DNA of 64,000 nt from Parcubacteria group bacterium (GTDB lineage: Bacteria > Patescibacteriota > Minisyncoccia > Moranbacterales > UBA2206): positions 46,940-110,939 of the forward strand of contig JBAYWF010000002.1 in the NCBI GenBank assembly GCA_041674205.1, in the 5' to 3' direction. This document shows, piece by piece, positions 8,997-18,289 of the stretch (position 1 is the stretch's first letter; each line of letters starts with the position of its first letter). The notes below the pieces were generated by a model. The model made no database searches. It saw only the letters and a list, made by a program, of their open reading frames with translations, and was not told the origin of the DNA. Position numbers and translations under genes: made by a program.

Positions 8997-9554
8997 TTAT
9001 CGCCTGATTTTTTCCATAATTTTATCCGTTTCTTCCAGCAGATATTCCAAAGTTTGCTCGTTTCTGACGGTGAAATCCGCTTTAGCGCCGATTTCCGGAA
9101 TGATCGCTTCCGTTTCGAATTTTTCCAATTCCTGGAATTTGGCGAAACTGCTGTTGTCATCCGATTTTTCCATCCGGTTCGTCGACCGCTCCCAGCGCAA
9201 TTTCTGGTCCGCGGTAACATAGATGATATAGCTCCGGGGAAATCCCTTTACGAAATCATAATTTTCCCAAAATCTTATTCCATTGAAGATAACTACCTTA
9301 TCGCTAACTGACATCCTTTTTATCAAAGCCTTAGCGAAAATATCTTGTCCGAATCTTTCACGGACAGCGTGCGAAAGCCACTGCAAATCCTCCCTGGATA
9401 TCGCGTCAACGAAGTTCCTCAAAGCGTCGAACAAAGGATCGGAAAACCGGATTTCCTTAGCGCCATATCGGTCTTTCAGATGTTTTGATACCGTGTCCTT
9501 GCCCGATCCTGGCTCTCCTGCCAAACCGATGATTATTTGTCCTGACTTATCCAT
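8997..9554 (-). CDS. P-loop nucleoside-monophosphate kinase-like protein (dNMP kinase/dephospho-CoA kinase-like)
   Basis: IGLAGEPGSGKDT, FSDPL, GIRF..N, ADFTVRN; ATG at 9554 preferred over TTG at 9572. Confidence 0.75.
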   Translation of the reverse strand: MDKSGQIIIGLAGEPGSGKDTVSKHLKDRYGAKEIRFSDPLFDALRNFVDAISREDLQWLSHAVRERFGQDIFAKALIKRMSVSDKVVIFNGIRFWENYDFVKGFPRSYIIYVTADQKLRWERSTNRMEKSDDNSSFAKFQELEKFETEAIIPEIGAKADFTVRNEQTLEYLLEETDKIMEKIRR

Positions 9555-9655
9555 CTTATAGGGTTTATCCAATTAGCCTCGCCAAATAATCCTATCAAAA
9601 ATCACCGGTTCGGTCAACATAAAAAATGCTTACGTCCCACAAAGGACTAAAGTCA

Positions 9656-11068
9656 TCATAAAAAATCGATCGGCATAGCATCCCCGCTGAATTCTTTTTT
9701 GTCCAACACCTTTTTATTTTCAACGTCCAAAAGCAAAAAAACCGACTTCCATTCCCGTTCTCCACCCGCTTGGCGATGCGAATTGCCAAAGATGGCCAGA
9801 TAGCGTCCGTCCAACCAGAAGATATCAGACCAATCATCATAACCTTTAGGCAAGGCACCCACTTCCATCCTTTCCTTGGTCGCTACATCGATAGCTAGAA
9901 GTTCAGCGGAATCTTTTACCGTTTCGTTTATGAAAAATACCAGCCTGCCGCCCGGTGAAAAAAACGGAAGTGATTTCATGTCTTCTTTGTCCAATGCGTA
10001 AAATCCGCCTCCATCGATATTCGAAACAGCCAGAACGCTGCTAGGCGCTTCCGTAAATTCATTTTTGAAAGTGAAAACGGCTTTTTTGCCATCCGCAGAA
10101 ATTGCCGCTTCCTGAAAACCGCCTTTCTGCCTTCCGATTTTCCCTCCCAAATCAAATGGAACATCTGATTTTTCCGCCGCTACGATAAAAATTCCTGATC
10201 GGCCTCCATCTCCAGGCTCCGGATCGATAATCAGATTAGCATTGGGCGCCCAGCGCGCTTCCATCCCAGCCAGCGCGCTGCTTTCTGATCCTCCAATCGG
10301 AGCGGGATCACCCGCTAATTTGGTATCGATAACATATAGCCGGTGGGATCCGGCGGAAACTTCCACGAAGCTCAAAAACCTGCTGTCAAAAGACCATTGG
10401 GGTTTCACCAAATCAAAAACATAAGTATTTTTTTTCAGGACCTGTTCCGAAGCGAATCCTGGATCAGCGACCAGCGCTTCTTTTTTTCCAACCAGCAATC
10501 TATTCTCCCTGCTTGCCAAATCATACGAATATAATCCGTCGATTGCCACATATGCCAGCTTTTTTTTATCAGGCGATAAAACGACACTTGCGACTGGCAC
10601 ATCTGTCCCGTCAGACAATCCATCCAAACTCCGGTCAAATTCCAAAACTACTTCCTGATAATCCTTTTTGATATCTTCCCGACTGACAATCACATGATTG
10701 CCTTGTCCGGAAACCACCAGAAGCGCCCCATGGTAGGCGTTACCTTCTTCGGCAAAGCCCTCCAAATCCCAAATATTGCCATCCGCAAACTGAGCCGCCG
10801 CTTGATTCTCTTGACCAGCCATCACTTTTATGCCGCCGACTTTCCCAAAGTCATTCCCTTGCCATTGATACACGCCTGCGGTCGCTATGGCAACCGAGAT
10901 GGCTAAAGCTGCCACGACGGCTAATTCCCTGCGAACCTTGCGCCGATTATAACGGAAACTCAGCCCTTGCCTGATCTCGATTCTCTTATGTTTGATCATA
11001 TCCCATTCGGCGACCACTTTCTCCTCGATTGCCTGGCCAAACGAATGCGCATCAAATTTTTTTTCCAT
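9656..11068 (-). CDS. membrane-anchored TolB/WD40-like beta-propeller protein
   Basis: TM helix near aa 50-67; repeats LSPDKKKLAY, WSFDSRFLSF, ISADGKKAVF, FSPGGRLVFF. Confidence 0.75.
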   Translation of the reverse strand: MEKKFDAHSFGQAIEEKVVAEWDMIKHKRIEIRQGLSFRYNRRKVRRELAVVAALAISVAIATAGVYQWQGNDFGKVGGIKVMAGQENQAAAQFADGNIWDLEGFAEEGNAYHGALLVVSGQGNHVIVSREDIKKDYQEVVLEFDRSLDGLSDGTDVPVASVVLSPDKKKLAYVAIDGLYSYDLASRENRLLVGKKEALVADPGFASEQVLKKNTYVFDLVKPQWSFDSRFLSFVEVSAGSHRLYVIDTKLAGDPAPIGGSESSALAGMEARWAPNANLIIDPEPGDGGRSGIFIVAAEKSDVPFDLGGKIGRQKGGFQEAAISADGKKAVFTFKNEFTEAPSSVLAVSNIDGGGFYALDKEDMKSLPFFSPGGRLVFFINETVKDSAELLAIDVATKERMEVGALPKGYDDWSDIFWLDGRYLAIFGNSHRQAGGEREWKSVFLLLDVENKKVLDKKEFSGDAMPIDFL

Positions 11069-11178
11069 AATTTGTTTTTTTTAAGACAAATCGCACTAAT
11101 CAGAAACCTAGACAAAAAAATCGCACCGTCAAACCAGCACATCCACATAATACCATAAAAAACATTTACTTAAAACCT

Positions 11179-11207
11179 AAAAAAAGACGCACTTGGCGTC
11201 TTTTTTA
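11179..11207 (-). terminator. intrinsic terminator after rplA
   Basis: aaaaaagacgc-acttg-gcgtctttttt. Confidence 0.75.
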
Positions 11208-11231
11208 GTCGATTACCTTAATTTGGAAATC

Positions 11232-11903
11232 CTACAGGCTGATTTTCATTCCCCGTCCCATCGTCGAGCAAACCGTCATATTAGCCATCAGTTTCCCCTT
11301 GAAAGCGGCCGGCTTCACTTTTTCTACCGCCTCGATGAAAGCTTTAATATTTTCAATAAGTTTCGCATCATCAAACGAAAGCTTGCCCACCGCCTGGTGG
11401 ATATTGGCTGAGTCATCATTCTTGAAGGCAGCCCGTCCTTTTTTCAATGCCTCCACAGCCTCTTTGATCTTAGTGGTCACCGTCTCAGTCTTCGGGTTAG
11501 GCATCAATCCTTTCGGCCCGAGCACTTTAGCCACCTTGGCCAATTTCGGCATCATCTCAGGAGTCGCAACCAAGACATCGAAGTCGATTTTTTTAGAGAA
11601 TCCTTCGATCATTTCTTCTCCACCGACGATATCCGCTCCAGCCGCCTTGGCCTCATCCACGCTGGTTGAAGTTATGACCGCCACGCGCTTGGCCTTGCCA
11701 GTCCCGTGAGGAAGCACGACAGTTCCACGCACCTGTTGGTCGCCCTTTTTAGTGTCCACATTGGTTTTGATATGCACTTCGACCGACTCATCGAATTTGG
11801 CGATTTTATTTTCCTTCATCAACTTCACCGCCTCTTCCAAAGAATAAACTTTGTCCTTGGAGATTTTTTCCGCAGCCGCCCTGTACTTTTTCCCGTGCTT
11901 CAT
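11232..11903 (-). CDS. rplA: 50S ribosomal protein L1
   Basis: KFDESVE, VRGTVVLPHGTGK, LGPKGLMPNPK; start MKHGKKY at 11903. Confidence 0.98.
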   Translation of the reverse strand: MKHGKKYRAAAEKISKDKVYSLEEAVKLMKENKIAKFDESVEVHIKTNVDTKKGDQQVRGTVVLPHGTGKAKRVAVITSTSVDEAKAAGADIVGGEEMIEGFSKKIDFDVLVATPEMMPKLAKVAKVLGPKGLMPNPKTETVTTKIKEAVEALKKGRAAFKNDDSANIHQAVGKLSFDDAKLIENIKAFIEAVEKVKPAAFKGKLMANMTVCSTMGRGMKISL

Positions 11904-11912
11904 ATAATTTGC

Positions 11913-11954
11913 GTGGTTCAAGCGATGCATATTATAACCTAACGCATCTCCCAC
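11913..11954 (-). promoter_or_regulatory. putative L1-binding autoregulatory RNA site
   Basis: GUGGGAGAUGC...GCAUCGCUUGAACCAC just upstream of rplA, resembling GUGGGAG/ACCAC L1 operators. Confidence 0.7.
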
Positions 11955-11965
11955 AAAATTAAAAA

Positions 11966-12391
11966 TTAATTCTCTATTTTCACGCCCATCGATCTCGCCG
12001 TTCCGGCGATGATTTTCATAGCCGCTTCCACATCATTCGCATTAAGATCCGGCAATTTCTTTTCCGCGATCTCCCGCAATTTCGCTTCGCTTATTTTGCC
12101 AACTTTGTCCTTTAAAGGATTTCCAGCACCTTTCTCGATGCCGGCAGCTTTCCGCAACAAGTCGGAAGCAGGAGGGGTTTTCAAAACGAAACTGAATGTC
12201 CGATCTTCAAAAACAGTGATTTCAGCCGGGATGATATCCCCCATCTGCGCCTTAGTCGCTTCATTGAATTTGGTGCAGAACTCCTGGATATTAAGGCCGT
12301 GCTGGCCCAACGCCGGACCGACTGGAGGCGCCGGATTAGCCTTTCCAGCTCCGATTTGCAATTTGATAACGGTTTTAATTTTCTTTGCCAT
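11966..12391 (-). CDS. rplK: 50S ribosomal protein L11
   Basis: [22 protein letters not shown]. Confidence 0.99.
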   Translation of the reverse strand: MAKKIKTVIKLQIGAGKANPAPPVGPALGQHGLNIQEFCTKFNEATKAQMGDIIPAEITVFEDRTFSFVLKTPPASDLLRKAAGIEKGAGNPLKDKVGKISEAKLREIAEKKLPDLNANDVEAAMKIIAGTARSMGVKIEN

Positions 12392-12477
12392 GTGATTAGT
12401 TCTTAGTTTTTAATGATATCGCGCATTTGGAATCCCGTACTAAGAAGCCTGTACGAAACCCGACACGCGCTCGTAAA

Positions 12478-13023
12478 TTATAGTTTGCGTATCTGCAGGA
12501 AATCCAATTCGACCGGGGTTTCCCTTCCGAAAATCGAAACCAGCACCTTGACCCTGCCTTTGGCTTCGTCCACCTCGTCCACCTTCGCGTCGAAGTCTTT
12601 AAACGGACCGTCCACGACCTTGATGGAATCGCCGACTTTGACATCAATTTTATATTTCGGTTCAGCCACGCCCATCCGCTTTTTCAACATTTCGATTTCC
12701 GCCGGATCAACCGGAGTCGGCGTCGTACCCAGTCCGATGAAACCGGTCACGTTCGGAGTATTGCGGACGACATACCAGGACGCGTCCGTCACGATCATAT
12801 CCACCAGGACATATCCGGGATAAATTTTCTCTTCTACGACCGTCCTTTTGCCAGCCTTGATCTTTATTTTCTTTTCAATCGGGACCATCGCGTCGAAAAT
12901 CAGATCCTGCATATCCATCGATTCGATCCTCTGTTTCAAGTTTCGAGCGACATTATCCTCATAACCGCTGTAGGTATGGATAACATACCAGGCCCGCCCG
13001 TGATGTTGGGTTTGTTTCGCCAT
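12478..13023 (-). CDS. nusG: transcription factor NusG
   Basis: WYVIHTYSGYE, PGYVLV, VRNTPNVTGF, IFGRETPVEL. Confidence 0.99.
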   Translation of the reverse strand: MAKQTQHHGRAWYVIHTYSGYEDNVARNLKQRIESMDMQDLIFDAMVPIEKKIKIKAGKRTVVEEKIYPGYVLVDMIVTDASWYVVRNTPNVTGFIGLGTTPTPVDPAEIEMLKKRMGVAEPKYKIDVKVGDSIKVVDGPFKDFDAKVDEVDEAKGRVKVLVSIFGRETPVELDFLQIRKL

Positions 13024-13024
13024 A

Positions 13025-13210
13025 TTATTTTATGATAAATGTTTTTAATAAGTAACTGAATACGTAATCCAAACTTCCTAGAAAAACCGCCCCGGCGATG
13101 CTGATGCCGATAACTAAAATCGTATAATTTATAGTCTGCCGCTTATTCGGCCAGTTGACCTTCATAAGTTCCGCCCGTGCTTCCCGTAAAAATGTGGTTA
13201 TTTTATTCAT
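13025..13210 (-). CDS. secE: preprotein translocase SecE
   Basis: ELMKVNWP plus one TM helix, directly upstream of nusG. Confidence 0.95.
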   Translation of the reverse strand: MNKITTFLREARAELMKVNWPNKRQTINYTILVIGISIAGAVFLGSLDYVFSYLLKTFIIK

Positions 13211-13411
13211 TTTTTTCCTTTATTTAAGCCTTTTTTTCAAAAAGCGTTTTTAAGCTTTTTTAAAAAGCCCTCTGAGGCTTTTCTATGGATTAATATTACA
13301 TCGTTCCGAACCGATTGTCAACTGCGAAAAACCGCAAGGACTATGGACAAATTTTTTCTTTACTATATAATGGATTCTAGTTACCCATAAGACGGATAGA
13401 TTGAAAAATAT

Positions 13412-13485
13412 GGGCCCTTAGCTCAGTTGGCTAGAGCGCCTCGTTTGCACCGAGGAGGCCGGGAGTTCGAATCCCCCAGGGTCCA
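13412..13485 (+). tRNA. tRNA-Ala(TGC)
   Basis: GGGCCCT/AGGGTCC acceptor with G3:U70, cctcg-tt-TGC-ac-cgagg, GTTCGAATC; no encoded CCA. Confidence 0.96.
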
Positions 13486-13551
13486 CAGCATAAATTTTTA
13501 ATTTTAAAATTTTTAATTATAGAGTCGCTTTCGCGACGAATTTTTATTTAC

Positions 13552-13625
13552 GGGCTTATAGCTCAGTTGGTTAGAGCGCGTCACTGATAATGACGAGGTC
13601 TCAAGTTCGAATCTTGATAAGCCCA
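13552..13625 (+). tRNA. tRNA-Ile(GAT)
   Basis: GGGCTTA/TAAGCCC acceptor, cgtca-ct-GAT-aa-tgacg, GTTCGAATC; no encoded CCA. Confidence 0.96.
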
Positions 13626-13632
13626 CATCGAC

Positions 13633-13667
13633 AAAAAAACAATCCATCATAATGGATTGTTTTTTTT
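13633..13667. terminator. bidirectional terminator
   Basis: aaaaaaacaatccat-cata-atggattgttttttt. Confidence 0.75.
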
Positions 13668-13673
13668 GTTGGG

Positions 13674-14051
13674 CTATTTTTTCCGGAAAACCAGGAACAG
13701 GCAGCCTAAAACAAAGGTGATCAATGCCAGCACATGCATCCCTAAAACATTCCTATCTTGCGCGATATCAGCCAAAATCAATCCGATACCGGCGATAACA
13801 AAAAGCATCCCGCCGATCCTGGCATTCCGCCAGGCCGCATAAGCCATCAGGAGATACGCGCTGCCCGGCATCAGGGATGGTAAAAAATGGCTCCACTGGA
13901 AATTTTCCGAAAAAACCTCACCAACAAAAAGAAAAAGTGACATGACCAAGACGACTGAAATAAATCTGGGAATCCGGACCAGCTGGAATCCTTCTTTGCC
14001 GGACGCTTTTTTAACAGTTTTTTTAGAATGCTTTTTTCCGTTTTTTTTCAT
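13674..14051 (-). CDS. small membrane protein with basic N-terminus
   Basis: four hydrophobic segments after a Lys-rich start. Confidence 0.7.
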   Translation of the reverse strand: MKKNGKKHSKKTVKKASGKEGFQLVRIPRFISVVLVMSLFLFVGEVFSENFQWSHFLPSLMPGSAYLLMAYAAWRNARIGGMLFVIAGIGLILADIAQDRNVLGMHVLALITFVLGCLFLVFRKK

Positions 14052-14077
14052 AAAATGAAGTTAGCTGCGTTTCCGAT

Positions 14078-16597
14078 CTATTTTGATTTTAAAATAGCTT
14101 TTTTGAACGCGTCACCTTTCTCTTCGAAATTCTTCCAAACGCTATAACTCGGTGAAGCGGTCGAAAGCAAACATATTCCGCCAGGCCTGCTATTGGCAAA
14201 AGCGAATTCTACCGCTTCATCCATTTCTCCGGTATGTAAAATATGGTATTTCTTCTTGGACTTTTTACGCAAAGCCGCCGCGATTTTTTTCCCGCTATCA
14301 GGAAAAAAGGCGATATTTCTGACTTTCGATTTATCGATAGCGACGGCTAGCTTCAAAAAGTCATAACCCCGATCCAATCCACCCAAAAATATCGTATCCA
14401 CATCTTCCAATGAATCGATGGCCGCCATAGTCGACTCAGGCGTAGTCGAAATCGCATCGTCATAAAATCTGATTCCCTGAAATTCACCGACCAGCTCCAA
14501 GCGATGCGGCAAAGATCGGAATCCCTCAATGCCTTGTTTTATGGTATTTTTAGAAATTCCCAGCACATCAGCCACGGCGATTGCCGCTTTGATATTTTCT
14601 ACATTATGCTTGCCTAGCAAGGGGACCTTTATATCTCCTAGGCCTATCCCATTGAATGGAACTTTTTTTACATTCAAGCCGGCGAGTCTTTTTTCCAACT
14701 CACGATCTTTTTGATTAAATACGCAAACATCGGTCTGATTCTGAAATTTCACAATATTGCTCTTGGCCGCATAATATTTTTCCACACCACCATGGTAATT
14801 CATATGTTCAGGAAAAAGATTAAGCATCACCGCGATATTCGGCGAATACCGGATATCATCCAATTGATAGCTGGAGAGTTCGATGACGAAAATTTCTTCC
14901 GGATCGATCGGTTGCAATATGGCTTCCAGCATCGGACTGCCGATATTTCCCAATAGCCTGGCTTTTTTCCCCGCGGCCTGCAAAATAGAAAAAATGAGTG
15001 AAGCCGTAGTGCTCTTGCCTTTGCTGCCCGTGACTCCAATGGTCAGATTCGCCACTTGGGAAAAAAACAAGTTAGTCGCGGTCGTGTATGGCCGAGTGAT
15101 CAATTCCTTAGGCAAGCCCGGAGTTTTTATAACCAAATCAAATCCATCCTGTTTTTCCAAATAATCCGATCCGTCCTTTTCGTCCGCGATGGCAATTTTT
15201 ATTTTTGGAAAATATTTTCTTATATATTTCCCAGTCACCATCCCTTCCTTGCCATAACCTAAAATCAGTGCATTTTTAATACCCGATAACTTGAATTTAT
15301 CAGGCAATGCTGGCGCCGGGTTTGTCTCAAAGACCTTTTTAATAAGCTTGTCTGGATTTTTTATCCTATTGACGACATTTTGCATAATAAAGCTGTCTGT
15401 GAATTTGTCCTTAGCCGAAAACAAAGCCGCACGCGACTCATCAAAAGTACCGACACAATCGAAGGGTTTCATTTTTCCATAACCCAACACGTCCAAAAAT
15501 AAAGGCAATAGTTTTTCATCCGCATACATATCCTTATGGAAAATTTCCATCATTTCCCGCTTGCTCAAAAAAGCTGATAAGAGAATCCACATAAAAACGC
15601 ATTTAGGACATTCGCCGCACCACAATCCGTTCGGCCGATCCTTATGTATGCGGAAGCTGCGGTTGCAACTCGTAAATAAGGGGAAATATTTTTTATACCT
15701 TACGAACATCTCCACGATGCGGATCTCATAGAACGGGCGCAAAAGGGAGAAATATGTGACATCCGGACAGATATTTTTTCTAGTATATTCCTGGAAAAGT
15801 TTTTCAAATTCAGCCGACTTGCTCCATTGATGGTTGATTTCTTCACCTTTATAGGTGATGTTGCCGAAATTACTGCTATATTCGTTAGCTACGACCACCC
15901 GGGCATAATCATAAACGATCGCCGCGAAATAACCCAGAAAAGCGAAGACGGCCGAAATCGGGATATGTCCGTTATAGGCACCGGGAAAATCATCAAATAT
16001 CTTATCGTCCACACGCCTATTAATCACCAATGATCCGATTTTCAATTCCTCGGCTATCCGAACGGAAATCGGGGATTTTTTTTGCGTTTCAATCAAAAGA
16101 GCCGTGATATCCTCCCGCTGCTCCTTCAAAAGTTCCGCCGCCACGATCGAATCCTTGCCGCCGCCGATACCTACCAGTGAACGGTTTTTCCGGACCAGTT
16201 TGCGCGCGATCGGTTTCTTTTTCGCGTCATACGGGAATCTGACCAAATTATGCGGATCAATTCCGTTGCGATAAAAAAATTCACCCAAACCTTTCCGATA
16301 AACCGTATTCCAAAATTCCGCCTGATCCTTGGAAAGGACGGAGGAAATTTTTATTTTTTTCGGACAATATAATTTATAATAACTTATTCCCAATATGATA
16401 TGGATGCTGGATAATAAGTTTTTCAAAATTTCCGGATGGATGCCGGACACTGAAAATTTATCCGAAAAAGATATCGTCTCTGAAAAACGCAACGGCTCCC
16501 GATCGGCAAAAATTATCTCATAGTCAAAAACAGCCCTGGTTTTATCCGGCTCCAACTTATACGAAATAAAATTAAAGACTTTCGGATTAGGTTTCAT
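14078..16597 (-). CDS. MurL (UDP-MurNAc-L-Ala-L-Glu epimerase) fused to MurD2-type glutamate ligase
   Basis: N-half GGGKDS, NGHIP, NHQWSKS, SCN, WCGECPKC, KPFDCVG; C-half GSKGKSTT, ELSSYQL, PHRL, DDAISTTP, GGLDRG. Confidence 0.85.
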   Translation of the reverse strand: MKPNPKVFNFISYKLEPDKTRAVFDYEIIFADREPLRFSETISFSDKFSVSGIHPEILKNLLSSIHIILGISYYKLYCPKKIKISSVLSKDQAEFWNTVYRKGLGEFFYRNGIDPHNLVRFPYDAKKKPIARKLVRKNRSLVGIGGGKDSIVAAELLKEQREDITALLIETQKKSPISVRIAEELKIGSLVINRRVDDKIFDDFPGAYNGHIPISAVFAFLGYFAAIVYDYARVVVANEYSSNFGNITYKGEEINHQWSKSAEFEKLFQEYTRKNICPDVTYFSLLRPFYEIRIVEMFVRYKKYFPLFTSCNRSFRIHKDRPNGLWCGECPKCVFMWILLSAFLSKREMMEIFHKDMYADEKLLPLFLDVLGYGKMKPFDCVGTFDESRAALFSAKDKFTDSFIMQNVVNRIKNPDKLIKKVFETNPAPALPDKFKLSGIKNALILGYGKEGMVTGKYIRKYFPKIKIAIADEKDGSDYLEKQDGFDLVIKTPGLPKELITRPYTTATNLFFSQVANLTIGVTGSKGKSTTASLIFSILQAAGKKARLLGNIGSPMLEAILQPIDPEEIFVIELSSYQLDDIRYSPNIAVMLNLFPEHMNYHGGVEKYYAAKSNIVKFQNQTDVCVFNQKDRELEKRLAGLNVKKVPFNGIGLGDIKVPLLGKHNVENIKAAIAVADVLGISKNTIKQGIEGFRSLPHRLELVGEFQGIRFYDDAISTTPESTMAAIDSLEDVDTIFLGGLDRGYDFLKLAVAIDKSKVRNIAFFPDSGKKIAAALRKKSKKKYHILHTGEMDEAVEFAFANSRPGGICLLSTASPSYSVWKNFEEKGDAFKKAILKSK

Positions 16598-16608
16598 TCT
16601 GATTTATC

Positions 16609-18180
16609 TCAGCGTCTAATTACCTCACCGAACCGGCCACCCGCATAAACTCCGTCTTGCAGCGCGATCTGTCCATTGACTAAAACCAGATCGATGCCTT
16701 TGTTATACCGATAGGGATTTTCCTGGGTGGCGAAATCGCAGATTTCATCGCGATTGATGATTACGATATCCGCGAAATATTTTTCTTTTAACATCCCTCT
16801 TTTTTTGATGCCGAATTTCCGCGCCGGCAATGAAGTCATTTTCGCGATCGCCTCTTCCCATCGCAAAAGCCTTTTACCCAAGACATATTTAGCCAAGACC
16901 CGCGGAAAAGTCCCAAAGCTTCGCGGATGCACCACCTCGCCCGTCTGTCCATGATTGTCACGATAGCCGGAACCGTTAGTCGAGATGACCGCGGCCGGAT
17001 GGACGATCGCTTTTTCGATGTTTTCTTCGCTCAAAACATCCATCGAAATGATGACTTGCCCGTCTGAAGCGATCAAAATATCCACTATGGCATCTTCTAT
17101 CGATTTTTCTTGGGAAACGGCTATTTCCGCGATTTTCCGCCTGGCCAGCGTCTTATTCAAGGGGGAACTGGCTATTTCTATCTTGGAATAATCGATTGCT
17201 GACGCTTTCATTTCCGCCACAACCTTAGCACGGTTTGCCGGATCTTTCAAGCGGTTGAGCATCATTTTCTTACCCCCATCAGTCGCCCAAGACGGCAATA
17301 GCGTATACAGGACCGAACCGGTATTCGTGTATGGATAAACATCAAAAGTCACGTCCAATCCGGTTTCGCGCGCCCGGGAAATCATATTCAAGGCATCCTC
17401 CATCATAGGCCAGTTTTCTTCTCCCATAACTTTGAGATGGGATATGTGCAATTTGACTTTCGTCAGACGGGCAATTTCGATCGATTCTTCAACCGAATCC
17501 AAAAATCCGGCATTTTCATCGCGCATATGAGTCACATACACCCCGCCGCGCTCTTCGATTTTCTCCGCCAAACTGATGATTTCATCCTTAGTCGTGCTTC
17601 TCGCATGGGTATAGACCAACCCGGACGACATTCCCAAGGCGCCTTCCTTCATCGCGTCTGATAATTTTCCCGCCAAAAAATCCACTTCTCTGAAATTGAG
17701 ATTCCGCATCTCATCCCCTAGGATGCTTCGGCGCAAAGTCGCCTGTCCGACCAGCGTGGCAAAATTCACGGACAATTTTTTCCTCCCGATGACATCCAGA
17801 AATTCCCGCATACCCAGCCAATCCAAACTAGTATTATTGACGCTTAGCCATTTCTGCACGGACACGATCGCTTTCGCTCCCAAAAGCGGCGCCAAAGATG
17901 ATCCGCAATTGCCGCCCACGATAGTCGTGATACCCTGATGCACCAAGCTTTCCAGATCCGGATTGGAAAATATCTGCCAATAAGTATCGCTATGGTTATT
18001 CACATCCACAAAACCGGGACACACCAATCGGTCAGCCGCGTCGATTTCGATTTCGCCTTTTTCATTCTGCAAATCCCCGATTTTGGCTATCTTGTCATCC
18101 TTTATGCCGATATCCGCGCGATACATCGGCTCTCCTCCACCATCGATCAGCGTCCCGTTTTTTATTATGATGTCGAACAT
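16609..18180 (-). CDS. N-acyl-D-amino-acid deacylase family amidohydrolase
   Basis: IDG.G...ADIGI, PGFVD, QGITT..GNCG.S, HMR, HISHLK, DVYPY, HPR.FGTFPR. Confidence 0.88.
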   Translation of the reverse strand: MFDIIIKNGTLIDGGGEPMYRADIGIKDDKIAKIGDLQNEKGEIEIDAADRLVCPGFVDVNNHSDTYWQIFSNPDLESLVHQGITTIVGGNCGSSLAPLLGAKAIVSVQKWLSVNNTSLDWLGMREFLDVIGRKKLSVNFATLVGQATLRRSILGDEMRNLNFREVDFLAGKLSDAMKEGALGMSSGLVYTHARSTTKDEIISLAEKIEERGGVYVTHMRDENAGFLDSVEESIEIARLTKVKLHISHLKVMGEENWPMMEDALNMISRARETGLDVTFDVYPYTNTGSVLYTLLPSWATDGGKKMMLNRLKDPANRAKVVAEMKASAIDYSKIEIASSPLNKTLARRKIAEIAVSQEKSIEDAIVDILIASDGQVIISMDVLSEENIEKAIVHPAAVISTNGSGYRDNHGQTGEVVHPRSFGTFPRVLAKYVLGKRLLRWEEAIAKMTSLPARKFGIKKRGMLKEKYFADIVIINRDEICDFATQENPYRYNKGIDLVLVNGQIALQDGVYAGGRFGEVIRR

Positions 18181-18184
18181 AGCG

Positions 18185-18289
18185 ATTAATTTTAAATTTT
18201 AAGTTTTAAATTTAAAATAAAATTCAAATGTATAAATTTTTAAAATTCAATAAATTTATAATTGATTTTAAATTTATGATTTAAAATTA
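18185..18289. repeat. degenerate AT-rich heptamer tandem repeat
   Basis: aattttaaattttaagttttaaatttaaa... fills the gap-deacylase spacer. Confidence 0.55.

Noticed and set aside
11904-11954. Extended N-termini in the ORF track (rplA, rplE, secY, hypC, nuoF, PhoH, AAA kinase)
   Set aside because: Extensions overlap regulatory sequence or neighbouring genes; downstream ATGs match family starts.
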